DNA from: Phoronis australis
Taxonomy: Eukaryota > Animalia > Phoronida
Length of the DNA stretch: 64,000 bases
Reading direction: 5' to 3'
NCBI GenBank assembly: GCA_002633005.1
Contig: NMRA01000337.1
Span: 372,001 to 436,000, forward strand
Shown here: positions 36,637 to 51,909 of the stretch, piece by piece
Numbering within the stretch: position 1 is the stretch's first letter
Layout: the number at the start of each line of letters is the position of its first letter
Translations under genes and position numbers: made by a program
The notes under the pieces: model-generated
What the model was told of the DNA's origin: nothing
Seen by the model: the letters and a program-made list of their open reading frames with translations, nothing else
Databases searched by the model: none

Positions 36637-39600
36637 CTGTATTGAAAGAACATCTAGATGAGAAACAACATTCTACATTTGTACAAATACATACGGTAGT
36701 ACTTTTATTTATGTAGGTTTTGACACATAATCTGAGACTTCAGGCAACACTTACATAAACTAGACCCTAATGATTAATCTAGCATCTCTAGGAACTGATA
36801 TAAAAATTAGAGCCATCATTCAGTTGAGTCGCCAAAGACGATTGAAAGTATGCATTAGCAGCAGACGTACAATAGCAAACGATTCAGTCAGTGACTGGCA
36901 GCCATTGTAACACACAATGATATGCACAGATTAAACTCATTACTTAATCATGCTCAAAATTGATTATAGCAGACTTACTTCTGAATACTGCAAATCAAGC
37001 TAAGTGACAAACATTCAATGTGAACAATTTCTTGCCTCAGGTGATGTGGTTTTTAGAATTGAACATTGTTTTAATGAACACAGGCATTTGTTGTCCTGCG
37101 CACCTGCTTCACTATAAGCTACTGGTGGCCTTTAACTCATTTGCGCCAGTATTGAAACAAGTGTAGTAAAATTCAGTTTGAATGGTTTTGTCATGAAATT
37201 ATTATGACACGTCCCGGCTTCGGCAAAATATCACCAATTTAGGGCACAATATCGTGGACGAGCCAAATTTTATTTTTAATTTTTTTTTTTCACAAAATAC
37301 AAGCCTTGTCATTTTTAATTGGGCACCTTAACAACCAACCAACCAGCAAAGTTTTGAGAAATTGTGTGTATTCCCAACAATGTTAGAACACTTTAAAAAT
37401 GAAAAATCGATTTCCACAAACATTTTTGTCTGAAACTGATGATATTTTAACGCTACATAGTCTTAAGGACACCAGAATTGGCCAAGTGAAGCCAACAATA
37501 ATATTGGGAGATGTGTGGTTACAAGCCTTCAAGTTATGTGAAAAGATAACTGACACGAGCAACTTAAAGTGATCAAAATGGCCAAGAACTGCTTGGTGAA
37601 AATTCAAGTTACATACATCAAAAGAAATTTTCTGACTGATGTTCGTTTAAATGACAAAAGGCCTTTTCACGTGTCATTTTTACAAAGATAAATTAATCAC
37701 ATAAAGAAAAATTTACCAAATCATTAGCTGTGTTCACAAGGAAGAGCGTAATTTTTTTGAGAAAATTTTGCAAAGACTCATGAACGGGCCTTAAGTGGCA
37801 ACAAACCCGTGTTCCATCGAAGAAACAAGTTTCAATTTAGACCACGTACTGCTACAGAATTGGTCTTAATGTGTACTGTACTCAAGATTGCTTTTGGTCA
37901 TGCAGAGATTGTGGTGCATGGAGCGTGTGGAGGAGGCAGAAATAGCTTTCACTGTCAGAAGTGTCTACTTCCATTACTCAAGGTTGTGAGTTTGAGTCTC
38001 ACTCCAGGGCCACACTGCTAGAGACCCGAGTCAGGTCTCAAGTTCCTCAGCTTGGTTTTAACTATGTCATTAAAAAAGCACAAAAATGGTTCCAGGTGAT
38101 CAGTGCAATGGACCCACCTGCGCATGTCTGGTACAACGTGTAACAGACCGCCTACAATTACTTAATCTCTAGCAACAAACAACTGTCAGTTGTTTACAAG
38201 CCTGCACACCTATTGACTAATGATTTGAGACCAATTTCATGGTAGGTAGTCTAAATAAAAACTAGTTTTTGTGATGGAAGGTGGGTTTATTACCACATTA
38301 AAATTAAACACAATCAAACTTAACACATTCACACTTAAACACATTCAAACTTAAACAATAAAAATAACTGCTCAACAAACTGAACAGGTTGCACCCCATA
38401 CATACAGTAATCAAACAATACAGCTACAGTACAAAACAAAAGTAATTGACAAAATACTGTTTTCCTGTCATGATGGCTAATTATGTTAAGAACAAACATC
38501 ACTCTTAATAACGTTTAGGGCGACAGAAGTCTAATTACAGTATGACTCAAACACCTTACTAACTTTCCAGTTAATTCCTCTTCTTCTCTGTCATGAGGGG
38601 AGACAACTCTGACGATGAATTCAGCTTGCGCCCAGCCATCATGACAGAGAATTATGGGTCATTTTGTCAGAATACTTTTGGCTTATACTGTTGTCATGCG
38701 CAAGCACATGGGCGGCACACCATAGGGGGCTGGGGGGGGGCTATAGCTCGCACTTCCTTTAGTGGTGCGCTACCCATGAGGCAATAAGGAGTCTTTAATT
38801 GCATATGTATTCAAGCACTTGCCATAAGGCCTGTGCTATGAACCACAGCGAATATTTATAGAAAACAGGTGGCTGGGGTAAAAGTTAGAACAGAGAAATC
38901 AGTGAAGAAGTAAAATACTACATAAGATGGCAGACAGTCAATGCATGCAGCATCATGACGAGAACAATGTCCCCATGCAGAACACAGAAAGATCAGCCAT
39001 CAAGCATGCACAGATAACGTCTCCCTGGTAATTTACCATACTCATCGGGTTATCGCCCAGAGCACTTACATTTTGGGGATTTCACCGAAAGCGATATGCT
39101 ATTTTTTAAAAATGCATTAAGGGGAGGTTTTCCGCTCATAAACATCTTAAGAAATCACAGAAAAGAGTGGACTTGTAATTTAACATTCTACTGTACATTT
39201 TGGTAATGAGATTTTAACTTCAGCGTGATTGGATAGGGCGTACCTCGAGAATATTTAATTAACGCAAAAGCTTTCCAAATTTAAGCATTAATTTAATTTT
39301 GAGGCTCATTTTCAGCTCTGTGTTTTTGTATGATTCGCATAGTTATACTTACACAAGTTGTAGTGCATCTGTGCTTTCATATGATGACCCCATTAGTGGC
39401 AAGTACGTTTTTTTGTTAAAAGTATTTTACACATCAAATTATACGGGAAGTCACCAAATGCTTACCAGTGAAAAATCCAACCCACAATGTACTTGAAAAA
39501 AGACAGCAGTGCCGTAGATGAAATGCTCTGAATTGGTGAATCAAAAACTCAGGATATGGGCATAAGCTGAGCACAGGTGATTACAAAATATTTGAGGAGT

Positions 39601-42600
39601 TAGGGAACAGGCATTTACCAGAATGGCCGATTCACAAAAAGAGCATGAACCAAAAGAACCATTTCACATCTTCTTACGTAAAAAGCACAATGCGGAGTGT
39701 TCATATGTGCTCACCGTGCATCGGAAGTTGTGAAGAAATAAAGGGTGGTCATTTCTAAAAAAATGTTTCCATAGTAGTTGGATTCATCTGAAAATCAACA
39801 TTAGATGTGTAGGCTCTCCTCATTAGGAACACATAGGAGGAATTTAATGAAGATTTATCAAAGCACTTGGAGGCAATAACAATTTGACACCACAGTAGTA
39901 AGATCCGTCCAAAATAAGCAACAACCATTCAAGACCTGGTCTGGGGCAAAAATCTCACATTCATTAGGTCACTTCATGTGACCAACTGGTGGCATGCAGA
40001 CCAGATTTAAAAACGTTTGTGATTGATAGAAATCTATTTGCCAAATTCCATGATTATTTGTGTTAAATTCGAAGATTACAAAGGGAGTGTAAAAAGTTAA
40101 AACTGCCACAAGGGGGCAAAGCAGTTGTCGAATCTTTCCGAAACTTGTAATTTGTCATCAGCACCATAGTAACACATCTGCCAACTTCTATGAAAATTTT
40201 CCAAGGAATTTTGCAGATACAATAGCGAAAGAGGGCGCCTAGACAGAGATTACAACACACTGGCATATATCCATATATAGATAGGTATATATGCAGGTGC
40301 ATAACAAGAAATTTTCATGGCTGGATATTTGGTTTTAAGTGCTCTTGAAACTGACTGTTCATCACCCAAATGGATGTGAATGATGAACGATGAACGTTTG
40401 AGAGCTAATTAAAATGCTCCTTAGATGGGGCGGAGGGGGTTTCACAAAGACTAGCACTTGGAAGTCTCAAACGTATANNNNNNNNNNNNNNNNNNGGGGG
40501 GGGTGTGTGATTAAGAACATCATTGGCGGCTAAAATAAACTTTGGAAACTTCAAATGTGGGCGTTAACACGAGAGTACAGTAGGTGCAAACCTGAGCATT
40601 TCTGATGGAATTCGGTATGACTAAAAACTGATATTTTAACATAATAAATAATTTAGGACAGCACAAAATGAAAAATAAAAAATAAGAGATGTGATTTGGC
40701 ACAGTTTGTACTGAGTAGTTGTACGGAAAGTATTACCATGTTAACAAACGGAATAACCTCTTTGAATGAAAAATGGCAATTTCAGTAATTTAATGCGTGG
40801 AATTTCAAATAACTTTAACATATATGGCAAAGAGGCCAAAAACTGTCCATTAATACTGCGACTATGATTGATTCTAAGCCTGAATAGATTAAATATTTGT
40901 ATATTCATCAAGAGGCTGTAACTAAGTAATGACTATCAGCCATTTGATCTGTTGTCTTAGCGCTATCAATCGGAGAAAAATGGAACATTGTTATATAAAA
41001 CCCGGTCTCAGAACATGTTATCTGAGCTAACCATTAGGCCAACATTTCAATGAAAGGGTCTAATGTGACTGTAGACCACAGTGTAACAAGACCGAGATTT
41101 GGCTCCCAACTGTCTTATGTACAAACTATCACTGGTCATTTGTCAGTTTGCAGCATCACCAGAGGACAAGTACATCATGCTGGGGCAGCAAGCCACCATC
41201 TCACACTAACATAATGGAACAGTAAACCAACAGCAAAATTACTTAACACAGTAACAGTTGCAATGCATCACTAGTTTCCATGGCAACCCATTTACAGTCT
41301 GCTACATATTAGGCTATAGTGTGGTATCTTCATTATACAAGATGACATGACATACGTACAGATTAGTTATATGTCAAGACTACAGGTATGAAAATGTTGA
41401 CAACAACCCAAGATGTGAAATGAAGACAACACAGTAAAATAAATTGGTATGATTTTCGAAAATAATTACAAAACCAAAAAACATGGGTAGCAATGCATAG
41501 CAACTGCTGGGAGTCACGATATGCAAAGAGTATGCACACGCTGACATGCATCAGAGGCTATGAATACAGTGAGAGGCTAAAATCTTACTTGTTGGCAATA
41601 TACTCGGCAACTCTTAGTTATGAAAAATGAAAATAATCGTATATAAGATTAAAGAATGCATTATTGATTGAAATAGTCGGTTACTATAGCAACACAATAC
41701 ACAGCCAAGATTGGACACTACATAAAGAATGGGGGTGTGGCCAGGGACCACTCAGCAGACCACGCCCATCATAACAAGTAAAACTTTGCCCAAAAGCACC
41801 GATTTGTCAAGCAAGTGAGAAATCAAATCCAATCTGAACACAGAGGCCATTTTGCAGAAATAATGTCAAAAACAAGCGGTTTAAGAAACCTTTATTGCTT
41901 GTCTACCACCCAACACAGACTTTGAGCTCTGGTCTCATATGTAAGAGTTCTTAGTTCAACTCAGTGATAGACTGCCCTTGGGTAACACTGTTATCACTAG
42001 TGACATCTGTAATTGACTGATTTTAGACTAGATAACCAAATAGAATCCCATCCAAGTAAGGAATATTAGGGGACCGCCACGATTAAATGGAATTAATTCA
42101 ATGTTTTCTTCTTTTCTTAGGTAAACAGGGTGAAATTCAACTTTAAGAAAGCCAAATACAGCCACTCTAACACCAGTTAGCAGACTATAAGGCAGACAAA
42201 TGAAATTTTATTTTGTCAAATTTCTCAACAAAAATAAATATTAAGAAAACAATAATACATTATTCGCTTGATTTGTAGCGTGTCATAAAATAACATTGGG
42301 AAAGTTTTTATTTCTTATAGCTTCAGCTTTTGAACAAGCAAAATACAAGTTTGACAGCTACTGCGTGAAGTACTAAAGAAGAATTATCATTTGAAAGGTT
42401 GCATAAGGCAACTAATTGCCTATCATAGCTACCAAGGGACACATTCATCAAATATTTTCTTAACTACTAAATTTTATCCTTGGTCACCACAGATGTTGCA
42501 AGCTTAAAATAAAGACTGAACGTAACTAACGGTAAGTCACATGGCCAATTTTTTTCTAAAAAATTTCATGGAAATCGTCATAACAAGCACAATATAAAAT

Positions 42601-44614
42601 TTTTTGCACAAATCTTGCAATTTTGTTTAGTGTTCATTCAGCTAGCTAAAAACAGTATCTGGTATTTTCTTTCAAAGCTTCTTAGAAAGAGATCTAGGCA
42701 GTTGAGGAATGTTTAAATCTTTGCGTTTCACCCTGAATTCTCAGCCAAACGGATTTAAAAGAAATTCTTCTTTTGTAGTTAATGGAGTGCTTAATGAGAC
42801 TTTGCAAGATTGTAAGCAAAACTTCAAGGCTGCGCAAGTTGAGACTATGTCTGTAAAAAGAGGCCATGTGACAACCAAAAGCATGTGCTCACATGGGATT
42901 CCAAAAATATACAGTTCCATGGGTTAAAACTGCATTTCGTCCCGTTTAGCTGAATAAAAAACGAAAATCGAATTGGGCCTTTCATTCACATCAAATCGGT
43001 TTCATAACATTCCTTACCGAAATTAAGGACAAAAACCCCCATCAGAAACTCGAGAAAACTCAAGAAAATGTTTCAAAATTTACTTATGTTGACCAACCCA
43101 AAAATTATGAATTCAAAAATGGCGCATGTTTGGACTGTGGCTTGAGTTGACGGCTTATTTGACAACATTTTCGTGGAATGAGCGTGGTTATGTTTAAAAA
43201 CCTGGGCTTTGGCAAAGCGCTTTGGTTCAGAATTCAACATTGACAGCTAAGCAGTGGCAAAATGCCGTAGCAGTAATATTTGAATAAATGTGACCATTGG
43301 TAACAAAGGCCTAGTCATTTACCATAAAACAGACTTTACAGCCCATGAAAATTTCCTACGCTATCACTCAGTGGCACTCGGGTGTAACACAGTGTCACAC
43401 TCAAGTCTAGATTGTGGTAATTTACCATGGGTGCTTAGAGTCATAACACTAAAGTGAGATGACGTCATAAGACTAAATTCATTGTTATTTGCTGCACTAA
43501 ATTCTCCATAAATTGGCTTACTGTGCACCAATTCTGATAATTCAAAGTCGGATAACAGTTATTTTTCAATTTTTTAAAAGGGTAACGGTGGTCAGTTGTC
43601 TATAGTCTTCATGAAATTTGTACGCATGAGAGGCACATACTAGTTATGATCATGTTAACGACAAGTCAAGTATTAGACAGTATAGTTGTTAATCATCTGC
43701 AGCCAATAATTGTATAGATGTGAACTGGATTACAACATTAATGGTGTTACATTTTTTATTAAAGTGCTATTGTACACAAGCTAGAACAATCACAGGTTCT
43801 GGTTTTTGGTCACTAGAGGTGAGTGACACAAAATTTCTTTCAAAAGCACAAAGGTTAGGGTGTTACTTTTTCAACTGTGCTGACTATTCACACCTGGTTA
43901 TTATGCACTTTCCAACAGATCATTAGACCACCCTCACAGAGGATCATAACCATGGTGCAGTTATACCTTTTACAACTGGTTTTAAACTGTTCGCATATTT
44001 TAAACCTGGTCTGAAAGTTATAACCACTTTAGTGTGAACAGGGCATTTGATCCATGGCTAGACAAGCTGAAACACACGGGCAATCTTACCACATTTCAAC
44101 ATTGCAAACACAGTTAGATCAATAACCTACGACACACACACCACTTATTTCAGGTTATTTCCACAAAACACCTCAGCGTCTGTGTCCAGATTGGTAAAAA
44201 ACTGATTATACCAAGAAAAAAAAGAAATGTATTACCAGTTAACAACAACCATACTGCCAGAGAAATGAAAAGATACGAAAAGTGCAAAACAACAAATGAA
44301 CTAACAAAATCGACCAAATAACCCATTTCTGAGTAAAACAAATAATGCAATGGAGGGAAGACATTATATAGCAGAGGTATGAAACTAAATAGTTGACAGA
44401 AACCAACTGTTATAGTTACAACAAGTCTGTTTAGTATGCACAATATCTAACTTGTGACATTCCTTAAGACTGGTGATTATGTTCCCACAATATCCCTGAT
44501 ACAAGTATGACATACTGTAAAAACTCACCAATTTAAAACAAAATATGGTGGACAAGTGAAATTTATTTTATTAATTTTTCATAAATTATGCATAGTGCCA
44601 AAATGATGCTTTGC

Positions 44615-44925
44615 CATATTCAAATTGTATACCATAGCTTTTCCAACAGTATACCATGGCTATTCAAGCAGTATACCATGGCTATTCAAGCAGTATACCA
44701 TGGCTATTCAAGCAGTATACCATGGCTATTCAAATAGTATACCATACCTATTCAAGTAGTATATCATACCTCTTCAAATAGTATACCATGGCTATTCAAA
44801 GAGAATACCATGGCTATTCATACAATATATCATACCTATTCAAAAAGTATACCATAGCTATTCAAGTAGTATACCATAGCTATTCAAGTAGTATACCATA
44901 GCTATTCAAATTGTATAACATAGCT
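44615..44925. repeat. 22-bp minisatellite (agtataccatggctattcaagc)
   Basis: Visible tandem array. Confidence 0.95.
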
Positions 44926-45759
44926 ACTAACAGACAAAATTTTAAAAACTATAGTAACCATTCACAACAATGTTAGAAGTCCTTGGAAAATGAAAAAAAG
45001 TACTATCTTGGAGATTATTTTTGTTCAAAATTGGTGAGATTTTACCGTACTTAAAAAACTCCATTTTATGATTGTATGGAGCTAAGAACATATTTTTATA
45101 AAATATTGCAGTAAAGGGGAAGATCTGACACAGTTCATTACTATGGGACAGTGAAAAACTTGCATGTTTAAAACATGTGGTCACATTGGTGGATCTAGGA
45201 TGTCATAAAGGGAAGCTTAACAACAAATTAGAAGGAAAAATGTCTGCACAGAACCCAATAGCTGTGCCATTGACATTTTTTGGCCATGGCCCAAGTATGG
45301 TGGTTCCGTATCAACCAGCCAATTCTGAACCCGACAAGGATAAGCAGGCTACAGAGACATGTTGCATAAAATTTCAGGATTCTTTTCATTGTTTCAAAAA
45401 AATAGTTGATAAGATACTGGAGAATGTTTACTAGAACAGTAACTGGTTGATAATGTCCCAGAATAATACCCTCACTCAATTTTATATCAACAAGTCACCA
45501 AGGACATTCAGCTCAACCATAAGAATGCTGTTGGTAAGTACTGTTTTTACTAATAATGAATTACAACAAGAATAATGTACACGCACAGTACCACAAACAG
45601 TAGACTTCTAAGGGGATTATTATTGATGTAATATAACAAAGTCAAAGATGAAAATGAACTTGTGTTGTCGCTTCCCATCCCTACAGTCAACCTCATCATC
45701 AAGGTCCATTAAATTATGAGTCCACCAGTTGTGACAATAATCAACAGAAATGTTATTTT

Positions 45760-46712
45760 TTTGACAAAAACTAAAATTGCCAACAGGAGGTGACATAATA
45801 GTCCAAAATGTCCAGTAATTAACTGGTAATGGTGCAACCCAGCCATAAAGCCTGTCAAACATACAAAATTCAATGGACAACCCATATATTGTCAAAAACT
45901 AAAATGAGCAAACAGGGAAACATCAGAAGTCAAATTCATCAGAAAATTTTCTGTTGGCAGCGCATACCCATACACCTTTGTGTCAAGTTTCATCAAATTC
46001 TGACAAGTGGATTTGACAATTAATTGATGAACTGGAGAAATCCTGAACAAATCAGTGAACAACAAAACAGGCCCACACATCCTAGCCATATACCTGTCAC
46101 GTTTTGTCAAAATCTGTTAAGCCGTTTTGACAATAAATGACAGACAATAACTTTTCAAAAACCAACACAGCCAACAGGGGGTGCCACAGCAGTCAAATTC
46201 ATTTAAAAAGCAACAGACGATACATCCCAGCAACAAACCCTTGTGGCCAGTTGCATCAAAATCTGTAGTGTGAGCCATTTTGACACAAATAGGACAATTT
46301 ATCAAACAATTTCACTAAAACCTAATGAGCAAGGAATTTTAAAATTAAAACAACCAACAGGTTGTGCCACAATAATGAATCCATATAAAAGCCAACTGGT
46401 ATCGGGGCATTGCCACAATATAGCTCTCTGCCAAATTTCAAGTTGAAAATGGCCAACAGGAGGTGCCATGGCAGTTGAATCCGTCCAAAACTCGAACTGG
46501 TGCAAGCACATCTCCGCCACAAAAGAATAGACCCAATTTTATCATGATCTTGATTTTTTGACAAAACCAAAGAACAAGCCAAGGTAACGACAGATAGGTG
46601 ACAGATGATGAATGGATGGTAAAAAGACGGATTGACGATGGACAGGTGGATGATGGACAGACGGCTGGATAGTGGACTGTCGGGGTGGAATGCTGACAAC
46701 ATGCGACCACAA
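45760..46712 (+). mobile_element. Degenerate pearl/HINE-like element
   Basis: ccaacaggaggtg modules and a 3' (gacg/gatg) microsatellite followed by a hairpin end. Confidence 0.55.
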
Positions 46713-47405
46713 AATTCTTTTTGGAGTTTATAAAAATATCCTTTACTCTTGGGTCACCCTTTTCAACGAGACTTAATACTGTCACGCCTTTAATCTGAAC
46801 AAACTTTCTACTACCCGCTACAGAATGACTTTTTTCACAAACTTCACATAACTAAAGAAATTAAAGCTTTCCTTCAACAAATTTTCGATGTTTAGCTCCA
46901 GCAGTGCTTTAGCATCATCAGAAAACAGTCTATAATCACAAAATCGTAGGAATGATAATGTGAAGTAGCCTTTTCGTGTCATAATCCGCCAACGAAAGTA
47001 AAAAACTTTGAAAGCTCAAAAGGAGTTTTATAGGAAAACAGTCAGAACGAAACACTTTATGAGGATTCTAGCGGTGACATAGATGAAAATTCTTCAGTCA
47101 GAAAATTTAACCTTTTATTACTGTACAGGTTATAGCAATGGTGCGTCCAGTATGATGCCTTAGACAGTGTGTCCAGTGTAATGCCTTAAACAGGGTGTCC
47201 AGTGTGATGCCTTAAACAGAGTGTCCAGTGCGATGCTTTAAACAGTATGTCCAGGTCCAGTGCGATGCCTTATAAACAGTGTGTCCAGTGTAATGCCTTA
47301 AACAGTGTCCAGTGCGATGCTTTAAATAGTATGTCCAGTGCGATGCCTTATAAACAGTGTGTCCAGTGCGATGCCTTAAACAGTGTGTCCAGTGTCAAGC
47401 CTTAA

Positions 47406-50400
47406 AGGAGAATGCCACCCGATTTAATTAGTCTTTTTTACCATCTTAATCGGTCTATATCCACTTCGCCTCTGATACGGTCGACCTCACCTTGCCGCCT
47501 AGAGGTGTCGTGTTAACCTGTGAGGAAGGTGAGAAATGACGCAGCGACGCCAATGGTTCGTCTGCAGAGTGAATGCCGCTATATTGCAGCGCATCGTTTC
47601 CGCTTGTCCGAACTATGAAGCTGCGAAGAAAGCGGGTATATCGTTGGCTCGCGCCCCTTTGCGATTTTTGAAGATTTCCAGTTAAGCGCCCACCTCTCGG
47701 TTAAGCGCCCATCCTCGACTTTCAAAGATTGAAGATTTATCGTTCAGTGTTAGGAATTACGCGATTCCCGACTTTTAGATACAGATGATGATCACAACTA
47801 GCGTAATGATGCTGGGTCTCCGGGAAGGCGGCTTGGCAATGTGAATTTAAAATACAAGTAACGAATTACTGTCCCGGGTCATGGACTAACTTCAAAATAT
47901 AATACATGAACGTTTTTGTCATTTTATTATCTTCCCATGTTTGTTAAAGTTTAAGAACCCCGCCAGCGTCAATACCTCCGCTTTCAGCGATGCTGTCTGC
48001 CGCGCTGAGTTTCCGCCTGCAGTGCACCAGATGAAACATATATTCGAAATAATCGGGCCTGAGAAATGAGACAATGGTTTTGTCAACCCTCCAAATTCCC
48101 TTAATGTGGAAAGCTCTTGTATTTTAAAGAATTAATTCCTATAACTCACGGAAAGATGTCAAATTCTCCCTCTTGATGAACGTTATTGCCAGGTTATCAA
48201 GGATGTGTGGCGACCAAAGGGACAGTGTGCCTCACTGGGTTACCGATTTGCTGCCTCGCAATTTCTGAGTTCAAAGGTTGGCAATGTCTTACTGTATGTT
48301 TGTGTATCATGTTGAAGTAATAAAAAACTTCTAGTCAAATTTTGTTTTTCGCTTATTGCATCTCAGTCAAACTGGCGTTAGCAGATTTAACTAATGTCGC
48401 AGGCTGTTCTTTACTACGATTTCTTGCATCAACCCCACCTGACTGTGTGAATTATCGCTTCCATATTCCCTTTTTAGCCATCCAGAATAATTTTGTTTCT
48501 ACATTGGCCAGTTTCAGCCTGAACAAAATTCTTACCATTTGAGCCTGAAATATCTACGAAGCAGACTGACTGAAAATTGGCGATAGTTGGTAGGAGGTGC
48601 ACGCAGTTAGCTAAGGGCATGGCACACTCGGGCCTTGGGAACATCGAGCCGGAAAATATCGTAGTAGACTTGACAACGCAGTTTTGGGGGAAATTGGAAC
48701 GGAGGAATATCGTAAAGTACTGGGTCTTTCCTAACAACAGCTTAAAAATACAGCATCACGCGGGATTCTTTCACTTAGGACTGTCATTGTGGCTGTTCTC
48801 TTTTGATGTTTGACTTTGTAGTGGTGCACGCGAGTAAGTTCCCACACTGAGTGCATGTTACCTTGACACCAACACGTGATTGACAGGTTACTCATACGTA
48901 GGCCCTACGTGCATGCTGAATTCCACCGCTATCTTTGGCCATTAAAAACGAGACGCATATTGAAAGAAGCCGTTATATTACTTGAGGCCTTTGCAAGTCA
49001 AGATTGCCTGCCGGGACATTGCGTGCAAACATTGGGACCGACCAGTGACGCAGTCCGATAGTGTAGGTAATAGGATATAATCTGGACATCTTGCATGTAA
49101 AATAAATGTGTTTTCTACCACAAAGTTGGGTAAGGTGGTCGCTTAAGAATGAATTGAAACATCGCTGTTTTGTGACGTTTTATCACATATTTATGCCGTG
49201 GTTCGAAATTTTCTTCTTGATTGACAACTGGCTCATGTCCGCTTACCCCCCCCCCTGATTCTTGTCTTACTATTGTTTGCCGAGCATGTTTCGCGCAACG
49301 GGAAGTGAAAATGAGTCACAGAGTGTCAACTATAAACATCCCAAACACAAAGAAACACCTGAATTAGTTTTTCAAACTTTATTAAAACTAATTTTAAAAC
49401 TGCTCTATGACTCAGAACTTGAAAGCTAGCACGGGACTCTAACCTTGATGTCAGCCGTGACCTCTGCAACACGTGAAGCTTGCACGCGCGCACTTTTGCA
49501 GTGTCACCGCTTGCAATCCAAGTGGAGCGCTGTGTGGTCACTGGTCGTCTGCGCACTATAGTTCTAACCAACTAACAAGCCCGCAGGATGGCACTGGTCT
49601 CTTACTCAGCAATTTTGTAAATTTAATTGTGAATGACTAATCTGAGGGCAACAGAACCTTTGTTGGGATCATCCGCTGTTATGAAGTTTTTACTGTCATT
49701 TGGCGAAGTGATGATAAAGCTCTTTGAAAAGTGCTACACGTTCTGAGTATGTGTGTCGTGTGGGTACTTAGATCACGAGGTAACATTAACCGCCCAGGGT
49801 GGTTGTCTGTCTTAATAAGCGCCCATATTCGGTTAACCGCCCACGCTGGATTTCTTGAAATTTCACGTTTAAGCACCCATGTCTGGTTAACCGCTCACCC
49901 CCGATTTTTTAGGTTTGCCAATTTAACCGCCCAGGGCGTTAACCCGAATGTTTACGGTATATCCTACAGTCACATGTTAGGAGAATCTTTATTTAGAAAT
50001 ACAAATACATTATTCAAATCATTGTTACTGTACAATCTTTGCCCTGACGGTCTGTGGAAGAGGAACCCAACTTCGCGGCCCCGACAAGTAAGTAGATTTT
50101 CAGTTTCGTGGCTAATTCACATTAATAATTACGTGCACATTATTTCTGTGGCTCACTATTATAGTCTTTCCGTGACTGGAGGTTTGGGTTCCAACTCAAG
50201 CTGGTTCATGTTCGTGCCAGTCCCAGCGGCCGCGACAGGCCTGATCGGATTCTGAGCCACTGGCTGGGGATAACGAGTCAGTCCAGCCGCGATGGGCCTG
50301 ATCAGGTTCTGAGCCACTGGCCAGGATAACAAGCGTTTTGCGTGTTTAGAACTAAAAAAAATCACAAATCTAAACAACACAGATCTAGGTTCTCTTGTCT

Positions 50401-50815
50401 ATATTTCACGGAAGAATACGTCGAATTTATCTCCGAACAGACCCCAAACTCCTGCTACGGACCTTGGTAACTTGGTCTGCCGAACTTTATAGGCTACGGT
50501 GTGTCCAAATACCAATAAATCCGTAACAGCGAAATAAAACAACACATTTTTATAAGAACTCAGTGTATTGTTAAGGGTTTTAGATTGATTTATTGGTGTT
50601 AAATGATGAATTCAAGGGATAAGCAGACACCAGTAACCCGTGTTGTGAACTGCTGAACAGACTGCGTGTGAAACCAATGACGTCATTGGATAATTTCAAC
50701 ACCTCCGTCTGCTGTCAGGTGTCAGGTAACGCAACCGAACGTGCTGTATCGAGTAGAACTACTCGATCTAAATTCATATGATACAAAATAGGTTGTTTTT
50801 GGGTGGCATTCTCCT
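47406..50815. mobile_element. Kolobok-like DNA transposon (~3.4 kb, no intact ORF) containing a nested CCGTA-type element fragment
   Basis: Perfect 15-bp TIRs AGGAGAATGCCACCC / GGGTGGCATTCTCCT with TTAA TSD; internal taagcgccca/taaccgccca repeats ending tttacggta near 49958. Confidence 0.85.
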
Positions 50816-51909
50816 TTAAACAGTGTGTCCAGTGTAATGCCTTAAACAATGTGTCCAGTGTCAAGTCTTAAAAAGTGTGTCCAATGTAATGCCTTAAACA
50901 GAATCTCCAGTGTGATGCCTTAAACAGTGCGTCCAGTTTGACGCCTGAAACAGTGTGTCCAGTGTGACGCCTTAAACAGTGAGTCCAGTGTAATGCCTTA
51001 AACAGTGTGTCCAGTGTAATGCCTTAAACAGAGTGTCCAATGTGATGCCTTAAACAGAGTGTCCAATGTGANCACATTTCTTCAGCAAATTCCATAAAAT
51101 TTCCGTAGTTTGATTTTATCAAAATTAAGGCGCGCTGTCGATTATTTTATCCCCGTTTGCTGGCTGGTAACAGTACAGGCACTGCTCCAGTCGCACTGAC
51201 GGCGTTTTCTCGGCCTGTTCCTGAATGAATTGTACTTCCGGGTTCGCGGCAAGTTCAAAATGGCGGTGTTTCTTCGGGTGCGAATCGTGAGTGGCGCGTT
51301 CATTGAAACTGTTTTCGAGTACGGATCGTGTATTAGTTATGGGGTTGGTACTTCTTGGATCCTTATAACATCTTCTAACCATGTAATAAGGGTTAACAAC
51401 GCGTGAGAGGACTTTAATAAAATTACGAAAAGCTGTAATTAAGTGGAAAATATGTCTAGGATAACCAACCAACCTTATTTTAGCTCAAAATTACATGGAA
51501 AAAGGTTGTCTTCGTCTTTAAATCAATTTTGGCGCGTAAAAATGGCGGAAAAATTTTGCGACCTGGCATTTATGAATGCGAACTGGATTTTGGAAATGCG
51601 ACCTGGGATTCCGTTGGCTAGGTCGCAAAATGCGACCTGTCGATTTTAATAGCGTCGAGGTCTGTCATAGCGATATCTAACGAGATACTTAAAACTAGTC
51701 CAGGAAGGGGGAGTGAGGCAGAACGAGCCAACGTGACACGACAGTCGTTTTCATTTAGGCGACTTAAAGCCTATTTTGCACATACGTCGGTGACATCAGT
51801 AAATTTGGTTCCTACAGTATGTTAAAAGCATCGCTTTGTGCCCACTAGTGCCGCGAGAATTACTTTTTAATTCAAACAGCTGCGAATAACATCTGCACGC
51901 CATGTTTAA

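Noticed and set aside
39466-44328. Possible alternative 5' exons on the minus strand (44236-44328 MGYLVDFVSSFVVLHFSYLFISLAVWLLLT; 39466-39527)
   Set aside because: Splice signals are plausible, but there is no Cav3 homology and the phases do not chain into exon 36636; unsupported without RNA data
47553-47620. Possible THAP-domain remnant in the Kolobok-like element
   Set aside because: Too degenerate to support; no intact ORF
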